Part shown: positions 24,460 through 36,804 of the stretch, in pieces
Numbering within the stretch: the stretch's first letter is position 1
How the letters are laid out: each line of letters starts with the position of its first letter
Source of the DNA: Octopus sinensis
Taxonomy: Eukaryota
DNA length: 64,000 nt
Assembly (NCBI RefSeq): GCF_006345805.1
Contig: NW_021832867.1
Span: 33,675 to 97,674, forward strand
Direction of reading: 5' to 3'
Notes under the pieces: model-generated
Databases searched by the model: none
What the model was told of the DNA's origin: nothing
The model's input: only the letters and a program-made list of their open reading frames with translations
Made by a program: the position numbers and the translations under genes

Positions 24460-27400
24460 TTTTAAAGAGAAGTTAACTAAATTAGATGAGTCGCCGAGCG
24501 GATGGACAGGCAATTTCCACGTAATAATGCGAACGATATCCGCTGAAAAAGCCAGCTCGTTTTACGACTGTCGTGACTCCTCCTCGAGATGATTAAACCA
24601 TTCTCTGAGAGGAGTTTGAGCCTTTGGGTCCAATTATTCTACTGTGCTCGAAAGCCAGAGGAATGAAGCAACAAGTGTCGGTTAAGGAAACATACTTCAG
24701 GATTTTTTTTATTTCAACAAGAGCGGAGGAAGATCCAGGGCGAGAGGCAGAGTCTATTAGCGATGAAGAGGAAAACAAGTCGACATAGGTAACATCCCAC
24801 AAGAGTGCCAGTCCCTCCCTGAACGGGAATAAAGTCGACCCATCAGGACGTTTTCCGTCCCCACGGTCTAGTCCAGGGGTCGGCAAATACTTTTGGAGAA
24901 GAGCCAATTTTGAACATTTTTGGAAATTTCGAAAAATTGAAGACCCACCTTATACCACTTGTCAAAAATTTAAATTCATAAAATTAAATAGACATTAATT
25001 TAAAAAATAAATAAGAATTCATTTTAAAAATTAAATTAATTAGACGCATTAATGAGAAATGTGATTCCTCATTTCTTTGGAGAGTTGGTTAATGTCTGGG
25101 TCGTAAGTCGTTAATTTTAATCTGAAATAAGATTCCAAATTCGAATCTGTAATTTTGTTCCTTAATTTCGATTTTATATAATTCATATGAGAAAAACTTT
25201 GTTCACACATATAAGTGGACCCGAATATTGTCAAAATTCCGTATGCAAATTTTTAATGAAACATGCCTTTATAAATTCGCCATCGGTAAATTGTTTTCTC
25301 CTTTTTGCGATCTCGTGGCTTATCAAAAAACTGGCAATATTTGCAGTCCTGGCATTGTGATACCAATATTTAAAAGCGGAATTCTTAATCTGATTATTTT
25401 TTGCAAGTTCTTCTACAGCTTTCTTTCTGGAATCACCAATTGGATATTTTTTTGCGAAATTTGAGTGTTTTGTGTTAATGTGTCTCTCTAAATTTGACTT
25501 TTTATTTTGATTCAAACTTTCCTGGCAAATGAGACATTTCGGTAGTTGTTCTGAATTAGACGTGAATGCAAAAGTTTCAGTCCATTTTGATTGAAAATAT
25601 CGCGCATTATCGATTTTTTATTAATTTTTTTATTGCTAGGCATATATCGATGTACCACAAAAAATTAATGTTAAACGTGCAAAGATTTTTTGTTATTAAC
25701 AAAACAAAAAAAATAGTTAAAATTGAAATCATTTATTAAAAAAATAGTTAAAAATTGAAAGAGCCTACCGTAAGAGTTAAAGAGCCTTTAAAGGCTCGCG
25801 AGCCTGCTTTTGCCGACCCCTGGTCTAGTCCAACCGGTTCTAATATTGAGGGGAATCTTGCCGGCACTGAGGCGACAAAAGAGAGAGTGTTAACCCCTCC
25901 TGTCGATGAATTTTACACATCTACAATGGTGCGGCTGGCAAATCTCCATGCCAAGCCGACTGATTCGTTGTCCAGGAACATACCGGCTGACGAGATCGGT
26001 AACACATTCAGCCAATCGGCCGAATGTAGCTGACAGGCACAATTTATACTTGCCAACTGAAACTGGTCGGCGGATATCTTCAAGTATGTGCGAACAATAT
26101 ATATTATCCCAGTTTCTTTGAACAGATGGAATGTCCGGGACTTTAAGCCCCCGAGAAACCCACTTGTTAGGGGTTTACCAGTAGTTCAAATGATTTGGAA
26201 ACCAGATTATCAAGGCGAGATAAGTATTTTTGTTTGAGGAAACAGAGCGTAGAGCGCATGAGAAAAGTAAGTTTCGGAATAAAGAGATAGTTCTTAAGTC
26301 GAAAAAGCCCCAGGTGTGATTGAAGTTTACATATACGCGAAATGAGGATTTCTATTTCCTCTTTCTTGTTAGCAAGAGTCTATTAGTACCCTTCCCACTG
26401 ATTAGGGATCCGAGGATAATCAGGTCGTCAAAAGCGGTGATGCTCAAATGCTCGATACGATGAGCTAAAAAGAGGCCCCAATGGGTCACCCTGTTGAATC
26501 CCCAATTCAGACATAATAACGTTGTCAGTAAACAGGAGTCAACTTGGGGAGGCATATGATAGATGTACGATGGGATATAATGAAGGAAAACGATTACGGA
26601 CAGATTCTAACATATGATTTCGTCGAATAGAATTGAATGCGTTTTCACATCCAGTTTAAGGAGGAAAGGGATTCCATTATTTTTCGGAGAAACCAGCTGC
26701 CGTATACCATGGGCGGCTGCTTTACAAGCACCTTTCACACCTACACCCAGTTGGATCTGCATTAAAAGTTCACTTGCTTCAGAGACTACCGAACGGCAAA
26801 TAATTTTAGCCGCCTGCCCACTGCCGTTGAGACCTCTGGGGTCTTTGCCTCCAAGTCGCTTTGTTTTTTTACGTGGTTTGGGAAGAAGAATCGCCGAGAG
26901 AGTCCTTTTGGCTTCTACAACCCCTCTCCATTGCTGTAATCCGTGGCAACTGTTTCGCAATCCGCGAGGCTGGGAGGGCGTCCTAAACTGCGTAGTCTTA
27001 TTTCCTTGATTTGTATTTGTTAATAATCCACTCTGTTTTACAAATGCGTTTTAGCCGCCAGGGGTCTAAAGACATTTCCAACAGCAATGGGTAGTATTCC
27101 ACCATCACATTTGTCTAGACCCGTCAGATTTGTGGAGAAAAGTAAATCCTTTGTGAAAGGAGAAATCTCACCAGAGATAATTCTTGCACATAGGCACATG
27201 ATGGCCAACATTAGGCGTCTTCTTGTCTCAAAAGTTACCGGAGAAAGAAGGTCCTTGAGATGGATGGATTTCATACCATCAATACCACCACTGCTACTGA
27301 GGGGGAAAGAACTGAGAGTAGCAGATACTTCTCCTGAAGTGACGGAATATGCGTTACAAACGGAACCAGTGACCAACTCAGGAATTTCGGATAAATCGTC

Positions 27401-27900
27401 CGGTGCCGCAGGGTGTTTTGAACGTAGTTGACTAACTGAGGAGAAATGACGCTGATATCGAATTTAGCGTTGTCGAATAATTCACAATTTTGATTTAATA
27501 TTCTGCGAAAGAGACGTGCGGTTGCCACCGTGGTTGTGGCTGGGAGACTCTCCGAGACAAACGAAGACAAAAGAGAAGAGCTTGTATCAATCATCTGGCG
27601 AGTTTGAGCCCATAGATCGCTCGATTGCAAGAGCCAAAGATTTGGCCACTTGGATTCTGCCTGATTTAGGAATCCGCGACGGAATGATTTTATTTCTACA
27701 GAAACCGGAAAAGCGAATAAGGAATGCCTGTGCCTAATAACAAGGCCGGTCAGTTAAGGATTTTTCAGATGATATAGGTTTAGTGATCATCGTGTGTGGA
27801 ATGCATAAAAAGTCTTTCCATGAGAATATTGCGGCCAAGTCGCGCTTAGTAAGTTTAACACACGAAAGGTAAAAAAAACTGGCTGCAGGAAACGCCCCGC
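24460..27900 (-). mobile_element. Near full-length but decayed CRE-like non-LTR retrotransposon (RT + RLE), interrupted by a hAT insertion
   Basis: RT motifs KCDGGILPIAVGNVFR and QLGVGVKGACKAAAHGIR...LLKLDVK, followed by GLDRGDGKRPDG and WLFQRISFALLRGNC. Confidence 0.85.
24874..25822 (-). mobile_element. Complete non-autonomous hAT (Buster/SPIN, GTF2IRD2-like) element, internally deleted
   Basis: 14-bp TIRs CAGGGGTCGGCAAA / TTTGCCGACCCCTG with a perfect 8-bp TSD GTCTAGTC (24866-24873 and 25823-25830). Transposase ends read KKSNLERHINTKH...FTDGEFIK and FGSTYMCEQSFSHM. Confidence 0.95.
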
Positions 27901-28150
27901 CCCAATTCACGAGAGTTAACAGATTTATAGGAAAAGCAAAAGGACATGAAAATAGGAACAGACAAGTGGATAAGATAAATAATTAGACAGGAAAAAAATA
28001 GATGGATAGAAAACTAGAAATTGACAATAAATAATTAAAGTTTTTTTTAATACTAAAAACAAATTTAATTTAAATAAAATCAGACACGTTAATTGATTTC
28101 TATCTTGTTGCTTTAATGTTTGCACGCATTTTATAGCTAGATAAGAATAA

Positions 28151-29003
28151 ATGTCTGGTGGATCTAATCTTATGAAAATAACTCCCGAGGAAGTAAGACT
28201 CATACTCGTTTCAAAGGCTCACATCGCCTCTCCGAGCATTAACAAACAAATGGAAAGGTACATTTACAGCACCAACACAGACGGTAACTCACTTTAATAA
28301 TCAAAAGGGACAAACATAATAAACATTCACCTCATGTGGGAGAAAATCCAAATCGCCGCTCGATTGATGGTTGCCATCAAAAACCCCAAGGATATCGTCG
28401 CTGTGGGGGGGAACATTCTGGCCCAGCGAGCAGCTTTCAAGTTTGCCCGCTACACGGGGTCTGCCTCCGTCGTCCAGAGATTCACTCCCGGCTCGTTCAC
28501 CAATCGGGGACAGGCTGGGAATGTTTCTTATTGGTAGAAACAATTCATGGAACCCCTGGTGTTGGTGGTAGCCAATCCCCAAGTGGATTATCAGTGTATT
28601 AAGGAAGCCTCCATGCGGGGGATAATCGTGATTGCTTTCTGTGACAGTGACAACTACCCCAATAACGTGGATTGTGCTATTCCCTGCAATAACAAGGTTG
28701 TCGTCCATAGTGAGTGTGTAGGGGAGGGAGTCTATTGGGGTGATGTGGTATTTGTTGTCCAGAGAGTTCCTCAGAATTAAGGGAGTTCTGAGCAGACAAA
28801 GTCCGTGGGATGTTATGGTCGATATGTTTCTGTACAGAGAAGTCGAGGAGACAGACCGTGTTGAGGAGGTTGAAAATGTGGACGAACAGGAGTCGGATAT
28901 GCCCTATAATCAGGATGCTCGTCAGTACGATATGAACTTTGTTTGGATTTCGGTTTTTTATAGTCTAGGTCCCTTCCGCAATGGAGGATCCCAATTGGCT
29001 TAA
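28151..29003 (+). CDS. RPSA: 40S ribosomal protein SA (uS2); last exon uncertain
   Basis: AHIAS..INKQMERYIY..., NIHLMWEKIQIAAR, RFTPGSFTN, EPLVLVV, DCAIPCNNK|GRESIGVMW, PWDVMVDMFLYRE. Introns are 24, 24 (GC-AG) and 25 nt. Confidence 0.95.
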
Positions 29004-29188
29004 TGGGGACTTTGCTTTCTAGGCATTAACTATTTTTCTTGTTTGTTTTCTGAGTTGTCGGTTTACTAGTCAATTTAAATACAAGTCTTGTACTCATTTT
29101 AGCATTGATATCTAAAAAGATTTGAAGGACATTTTTATAGTTGGTAAAATGAGAGGTTTCATCAATTTTCGAATATTCCAGCTCTGAA

Positions 29189-29520
29189 ATTTTTTTTTTT
29201 AAATTAATATTTTACAAAACTACAAGTTAATTAATTAAAAGCTTCATGGGCGGGAAGCCGACGCGATCGAGAAAGAGTTAGAGCGTACTATCGCAAGGGA
29301 TATCCGCTCGAAAAACCATCTCGATTCGCGGGCGTCGCCTGTGATGGCAGACATGCGGGACCCGATCTCCTGAACGAAGCTGATTGCCTTACTGCCCAAG
29401 GAACCAGAAGTCTCAACCGCGAATGGAAGGAATTGGAACTTCTCCGTAAGTGAGGAGTACTTCCGCATTTTTTTGCAAATTTTCATATAGGAATTAACAT
29501 TCTTCGAAATCATTCCACGC
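29189..29520 (-). mobile_element. CRE-like retrotransposon 3' end with a poly(A) tract
   Basis: KYSSLTEKFQFLPFAVETSGSLG...WFFERISLAIVRSN, followed by an A-tract (T run at about 29189-29200 on the + strand). Confidence 0.8.
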
Positions 29521-29973
29521 GTCTTTTAAATATCGTTAATTGTCCTCCTCGAAGTGTTTACTTCAAACATATAAGAAAATCTATCAGCTATTCACTGACA
29601 GACAGCAGTGTATTTTAATCTTTATAACTCATTAGTCTAATTTTTTGCTGATTTTAAGTTGAATGCAATTGCCACTAATGCCACGTTGAGAAATTGTAGG
29701 GAATTTACCGTACTTTTTATTTTTAAAATTCAAAATGCTACAAACTTTAACGTAATTTAAGGATCATCTGTCTATATTTGAACATTTGTGCAAAGAAAGT
29801 TCATTTTTACAATATTAGTCTATGAAGAGTTTGAACTGTTCTCATAGGCAATTGTCATGTCGTTGTAATCAGAACACTGATTCAAATCAAGAAAAGTGAT
29901 TATTTTTAGTGTTTTTTTATTGTTTTAATCAAAGTTACTATTTTAATTTTTGTTGTTTAATAATCTATTAGAT

Positions 29974-30172
29974 CAGGCATTCTCAACCTTTTTTTTATCG
30001 CCCCCTTGTCCACATACAATTTAAAAATTTTTGTGCATTGTTTCTTAATTGGTTTAACCCTTTGGACATAAAACTAATATAAATAGTTAAACGAAACATA
30101 AGATAAGAACTTGAAAAATTTAAACAACAAAATGTAGAATGCGTGTGTAAATACATATTTTCAAAAAGTTCA
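29974..30172 (+). mobile_element. hAT/Buster-type terminal fragment
   Basis: CAGGCATTCTCAACC TIR-like start, preceded by TATTAGAT (nnnTAnnn); truncated by the pogo insertion. Confidence 0.55.
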
Positions 30173-30174
30173 TA

Positions 30175-32103
30175 CAGTAAAACCTCTGGTGCTCGCCACC
30201 TCTGTTACTCGCCACCTCTATTGCTCGCCACATATTTTCAAAAAATTAAAAATTTCTAGTAAATTTTGATAAATATTCTATTGCTCGCCATTTTCTAAAT
30301 CTCGCCATTAATTTTTAAAAATATTTTTTTTGATTAAACTATTTTTTATATAAAATATTTCAACCACGATAAATTTAACATGCGTAAGTGCACAAGATTG
30401 TCTTTTAATGAAAAACGTCGCATTATTGCGTACATGGAGGAGAACAAAAGTTCACGATGGACCGTATAGCTTACATTTTTCTTCTATTTTGAAGAAAAAA
30501 ATATCTCGAAGGGCTGTGAACGATTTAAGACTTGGAAAAGAGAAAATAATGTCCACTGACCCTATTTTCTCCAATAAGAAGAGATTATTTAACTTAACTT
30601 ATTCTGTTATTGACACCGAACTATTAACTTGAATGGATTACATTGAGCTTAGAGGGGGGTTTCTGGACGATAATTCAATTTTGTTGAAAGCAAAGAACAT
30701 TGCTAATATTTATGGAATTAAAGAGTTTAAAAACAGCAATGGATGGCTAAGCAAGTTCAAGATACGGAACAACTTAAAATTGAGGACTTTACATGGAGAA
30801 TCAGGATCTACTGCAGTTGATCAGAAACAAGAAATTGATGCATTTACTTCTTTGATCTCTGCAAAGATTTAACAATATAATGCTGAAAACATTTATAACG
30901 CTGATGAAACTGGGATTTTTTACAAATCTATCCCTTCAAAAAGTGTTTGTCAGAAGGTTCGACATGGACATAATATCCTTTAAGAACGGTTTAATTTTAA
31001 TTTATTTTTTAGATTTTCTTTGTTGCTATGCTCAAATATGACTGGGACAGACAAAAAATTCCACTTATGATTGGAAAGTTCCAGTAACCTCGCTGCTTTA
31101 AAAATTTTAAAGTCGAAAATTTTGTCGATTACTGTCATTCACCAAAAGCATGGATGACAAGTAAAATTTTTAACGAATGGCTTTTAACATGGGATAGGCA
31201 TCTAAAAAAACGAAAAATTCTTTTAGTTGTGGATCGATGCCCATCCCATAAACTTTACGCTGATTTACAGTCAATTGAAGTTCTTTACCTACCTTCGAAG
31301 ACTGCAACAATTCTACAGCCAATGGATCAAAGAATCATTAGATCCCTCAAAGGCCATTTTAATAAACATAATTTGAGTTAATGTTAGAAAAAATTGAAAA
31401 TGGAGAAAATCCACTGGAAGCTCATAAAAAATAACCTTAAAAGACGGTCTTCTTTTTACATATTTTGCCTGGAAAAAAGTAACGACCAAAACAATTACAA
31501 ATTGTTTCGGACATTCAAAATGGATCGAATGTGAAAATCAATTCGAAAGACCAACTGTTAAAATTGATAATTATGATAAAATGGTAAATATCTTGAAAAT
31601 ATTGGACCCGGTGGATAAAGATGATTTTATTAATCATGAATTTACCGAAATAGATGAAATTGAAGATTACCTTAATATTGCTGGAGATTCTTTCCCACAC
31701 AAATATGACGATGAAGATACTCATAATGACGAATCTCATGTGAATTCGAAAGAGGCTTTGAAAATGTTGAAAAGAATAAAGTCATTCTTTTATCAAAATG
31801 AAAATTTTGATATAAATTCGTTGGAACTAATCGAAACCGTTATTAGAAATATGGCTGAATTAAAAAAAACTATTAAAGATTTTTTTAGTTAATTTTTTTC
31901 TTTTAATTTCTTTCGATTCTCTTTGTTTCTTTGCTCAAATATGACTTGGAAGGCTCACTTATGATCGGAAAGTATCGAAAACGGAGATGTTTTCAAAATT
32001 TCAATGTCAACAAATTTATTGATTATTTCTATTGCTCGCCATATTCTATTGCTCGCCATTTTTTCTTCGGTCCCGAAAATGGCGAGCACCAGAGGTTTTA
32101 CTG
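30175..32103 (+). mobile_element. pogo/Tigger DNA transposon, full length, decayed ORF
   Basis: TIRs CAGTAAAACCTCTGGTGCTCGCCA / TGGCGAGCACCAGAGGTTTTACTG with TA on both sides. CENP-B HTH and DDE_1 pieces are present (FKNSNGWLSKFK, IYNADETG, LLVVDRCPSH, LQPMDQ). Subterminal CTCGCCA repeats. Confidence 0.93.
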
Positions 32104-32199
32104 TATTATTATTAATTGCCCTGCTGCAATATGATATCTCACTTGGGCCAGCCACACAAGATCAAATTGCAGCCAAAAGATCGTGACAACGATCAGATG

Positions 32200-32589
32200 G
32201 GGAGATTGTTGAGGGTCTTTTAGTTACTGTAATCACAGCATCCAAACAACACCACGTGAAGGTGACCCACATCGTTGTTTCCCCCGCCGAACAACAACAA
32301 ACTTCTCAACTCTCCCCCCCCCGCCGGTCCACTCCTCAGAGCAATCACTCTGCAGATATCTCCGTGTCCAGCTTGCTCAGATTCGCTCGCGACATCATCC
32401 ACTCATTTTCGAAACATACCGTTCCTTCACCCCTGAAGACCTCTTCCCCTGTCCTGAACCGCCTCACTTGTCTCCGCCTATTGGGATTCGGGATCTCTGG
32501 GAGCGCCCGATCTTCGCGTCGCGCTTCCTGATTGCAGCCGGTTTCCTACGTGTTAGTGAAGCCGGGGTAACATAACTAACTAACTAACA
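32200..32589 (+). mobile_element. APE-type (Ingi/I-like) LINE 3' end with a (TAAC)n tail
   Basis: RVQLAQIRS...FPCPEP...DLWERPIFASRFL, then TAACATAACTAACTAACTAAC. Confidence 0.7.
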
Positions 32590-33089
32590 CAAGATCAAGA
32601 CAGAAAGAGAACATGTTATCAAGAAACTAAATAATCCGAACAAAGTCATGTGTCGCTGCTCCCTCTTGTCTTTTTCTTTTATGGTGTGGCTGAAAAAGAT
32701 CACTGATGACGGCGTCACTCGTCAAGCCGTAACACACCTGTGCTGACTCTTTTGCCAAGGGAACCTTTAATTCTACTGCTTGTCGACCCAGTTCATCGGC
32801 TGAGAAGGTCGAATCTATAAAACTGTCGAAGTACAGTAACTTATGCAAACGATTTTGCTTTTGGACAATTGCGATAGAGGGTTCCTGTGTTTTTCAAGAC
32901 TCTTGTTCATTTTTAGAAACTTGGCCATTTGTGCACCAATCGTTCTAGAGATCCCAGGGAATTTACGTTTTTTATTCGAGGATCTTGGTGTCTGTTTTAC
33001 CCGGGAATTTCCTCACAATCATGCAAGCCGGTTTTGGCTGTGTTTCTTTTATTCCTTTTTTTATTTAAAGCAATAAGCTATCTCGTTTA

Positions 33090-33330
33090 AAAAATTGTGC
33101 AGATATGCTTGATGGATTTAATTGTTTTTTGAAGCAGAAGGTCTATTTTTGCAAAATCTTATTGCATGTATTACAGATGGAGCACCAGCATTGCTTGAAT
33201 GTAACTCTGGTTTTTGAGATAAGGTAAACTCTGTCAATGCATCTTTACTGCATTCTGCATCAATATTCTTTTGATGTGAAGGCAAATGCCTATTGAACCT
33301 AAAAAAATTCTTGACGATGTTATTATGTTA
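33090..33330 (+). mobile_element. hAT transposase core relic
   Basis: ACITDGAPA...SGF...HC.LH motifs with stops. Confidence 0.6.
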
Positions 33331-34689
33331 CATTGGCGACCCGTTACTCGTGGGAAGTCTGTTACATTTTTTGATTACCTTAAGTCTGATTTCGATATGA
33401 AGTATAAAGACTTTTCATTTGACTGTACTCGAATCACCTCGAATGGTTTGATAAATGTGTTTGGGTATTATTTGATATTCGATGACAGTCTATTTTCCTG
33501 GATAAACCGGAAATTCATGTTTGCTTGAGTTTGTTGTTAAAATAGGTGAAGTTCTCAATCTCTTTTTTATTTTGGGAATGGCAGAATTTTCTTTGATTCA
33601 GAGTCGTATTGTTAATATTGTTGGGACTATCGCCATTTCCAATAATTTGACAAAGTTTAGAAATCCTAAATTAGTATTTCCAGAACTTTTCAAATGTCTC
33701 TTTGCTGTGTTGAAATTTTCATATTAAATCGCTATTTACAAGAATTTCTGACTGATCTTAACAGCATTTATGACTCGGCCGTTAATCATGTTTACTTGCC
33801 TTATTATGTAAACTAATCAATGGTACTATTTCCAGTTATTCCCTGTTTTATAAAGTTTAAACAAAGAGTCGCTGCTAGTCTTTATAGCAACAATGGTTTC
33901 TCGTCGGTGCATGCTTGTCCAGGCAATTCTCTCCATATTTCTAAGATTGCTTTCTGCGGTTCCTCTTAACGTTTTTTTCACTTTTATATTTTAAGTAAAA
34001 CGACTTAAAAGGGATATGAGATTGAGGCCTTCCGAACGGTGATAAATGTTTTTACGACTTTTTTTCACTGTTCGTCTCTGGCTAAAAATTATATATCTTT
34101 GAATAAGCCTTATAACTTTTTAGGTACACTTTATAACAAAATTTTCACTCACTACGCACATAATACGGTTCCATGGTGTGTTGTGTCTGAGTTTTATATC
34201 GAGTTTTTTGAATTATCGGTTATAACACTTATTATAAACAATTACTTCGTAGTAAAGTCATTTTTGACAAAATTTGGTTTTGGATGTCTCTGATTATTTT
34301 TCAATCGTAGACTAAGAAAGTATTTTGAACAGATTTTTCTCATAATGACTCAAAAACCCGAATCATTGACACAGGAACAGTTTGATAATCTACGTTTATT
34401 TTTATTTCCGGAATTGCCTCGACGCTAAGCTGTCCGTGGAGGCACACCTTGGCGGAAGCTGAGTACTTAATGTAGGCCAACCAATTGGTTGGAGCACTCG
34501 ACGGACTATATCAAGACTGAGACGTTTCCTCAATTGATGTGTCAGATCACAATCACACAACTCCATCATAGCAGTTGTTGGCGTCCCACTAGGACTTATA
34601 TTTTCTTTTCTACGTTAAAGTCGCAGAGTTTGATAATATTGACGTGGCTTAGAGTGTTATTTAGGATGGTTGTTTAGCTGACTATGCTG

Positions 34690-35400
34690 TCTGAGATGGT
34701 GACGTATATTTTCTTCCGCGATGTTAGTTTAACTGCGACTTTTTTATTCTATGCAAACAATTTCATCCGATCATTTCATAAAATCAATGTCAAATGAACT
34801 GGAGACAATCTATTGGTCAAAAGTGAAAATCATGTCTGTTGTTAAGTCCTGTGATGTAATTGTATTAAAATTCTTCAAGAAAATTTGGATGCGCTAGAAA
34901 TGTTTAGAAATGTTTTTGCTTTACAAAAATAGTTTGTGAAATCGTGGACGAAGTCATTTAGATCACCAATTTGAACATCAATCAATTTGAAAATTGTTCT
35001 GTCATAATCGGAAGCATTTTCATAATGCCACACGAGTACTTGATTGCAAATCCCTATAATTAGAGAAATTCAAATTGAGAACTTTAAATATCTAAGTTCG
35101 GTTTAGGCGCTGACAGGATTTGTCATGATCTCCGTTCCTGCTAAATTAAAAAATCTTAATTTTCTTAAAAATTTAGAGTATATTGGCGGAGACAGACTGT
35201 ATTTTCATTGACTAAGATATTTTAGGTTCGGACCCGATTCAGTTATTATTTTTGGAAATTTATATTCGAAAATAACAGAATTGGGATTGAGGTGATTAAA
35301 GGCGGCCTGGATATCGATTTCCCGACAGTCTACTGTAAGCAATTCAATTACTTGAAGAAAGGATGTGAACTCAATGACAATGAATGTAAATTAAAATGCA
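34690..35400 (+). pseudogene. EGFR/ErbB-like receptor L-domain fragment with premature stops
   Basis: INQFENCSVIIGSIFI, LTGFVMI...KNLNFLKNLEYIGG and ITELGLR align with the EGFR L2 domain. In-frame TAG codons; no kinase domain nearby. Confidence 0.7.
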
Positions 35401-36804
35401 GGCCTTTTTTCAAGGTGACATGGGGTTACTTTTCCCATTTAACTAAACCCATTTAAACATTTAACTATCTCTTTTGGTTTCGTTAATTTTGTTTTGTTTC
35501 ATTTAGTTAAAGTTTTACGTTTTATTTTAAAATCCGTTTAAAAAGACTATAGGAATAGAACTTCCACACTTCAAAAATGAGAGTCGATAACAGTAGTCGA
35601 GTTAAAAACCCCTGGAGACCAAAAACATAAAAACCAAAGTAAATAGCGAATCTTGGTCGCTGTGCTTTGCTGAAATTGCCATTCAATACGCAGTGCAGTC
35701 TCGTTGAGCTGACCCTTAGGCTCTCGACTATTCTTTGAGTTACTTTTTCTTTTTCACAACCGGTCAAATAAATACTTATTTGTTTTTCACTAATAAAAAA
35801 AAGCTTTCAATTCATTGTTAAACGTTTTAATTTCAGAAGTTTCAGCGACATTGTCGGTGAGATATAAAATGAAATTCTAGGGTGAAATGCGAGAGAAGAA
35901 AAAAACAAAGGTAAAATTGATCTTTTTAGTACAGAACTCTTTAGATCTGTCCACTTTATACAAACCAAAGTAGTTGGCTTTGGTTTTACCAGATAGTGGG
36001 TTTGTTTGAGTATGTTTGACTAATAAACATGGTAGATTTTACTGCTCGGCGTTTGTAGAGCGTTGCATTTCTCGAAGGAGTGGAAAATCTCATAGACAAC
36101 GACGACTGCTGAAAATCAAGAAGTAGGCTTGGAAAGTAAGATCCATGAAAGACCCAGGATGTAAAAATACTTTCTAACAGTGAATGGTTAGATTCACTTT
36201 TGAGACTTATTTTGTTCAGTTTAAAACGAATTGGCCATTAAAATGGACGATGATCCGACTAAACGGATGGTCATCTAAACAACGGCTATCAATAATCGAC
36301 CAAAATAAGAACGCATAATTTTCATGAACAAAATAGTCAGAATACACCGACATTAAATAATTCAAACACATCACTAAGCTCAAGAAGACTCCTCTCTAGT
36401 CGGTCATGTCAACATCAACAAGCACGTGTCCATCCACCGCTTACAAAAATGACAAAAAGTATAAACTCCACAGAACATGAGAGTAGAGACACACCCATAA
36501 GAATGACAAATAAGAATATAATGGAAGGACATCAAGTAAGTCCACAGTAGGCCAAGATCACTTACATCCCTATAATCCGACAGATTTGGAAATACAGTCG
36601 ACTCTACAGAACAAATCTAAACAGAGGAAGGAATAGTCAGGTTCCTTTAATTACCTGCCGATTACAGCACCTGGATTATCCTCAGCACCTCTACAAAGAA
36701 AGGACACCCTGCTTAGAATAGGTTTGTGTCAAAAATAAACTGTGAGGTTACATTAAAGCTAGGTTTGGGCCACCACAACAAATAAATAAAATTAAAAAAA
36801 TAAA

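Noticed and set aside
33400-34320. Possible LINE linker (LDKHAP) and a dynein-light-chain-like phrase
   Set aside because: Single short motifs amid stops; insufficient evidence.
36230-36790. Possible APE or glycosyltransferase relic
   Set aside because: No consistent frame or motif order.
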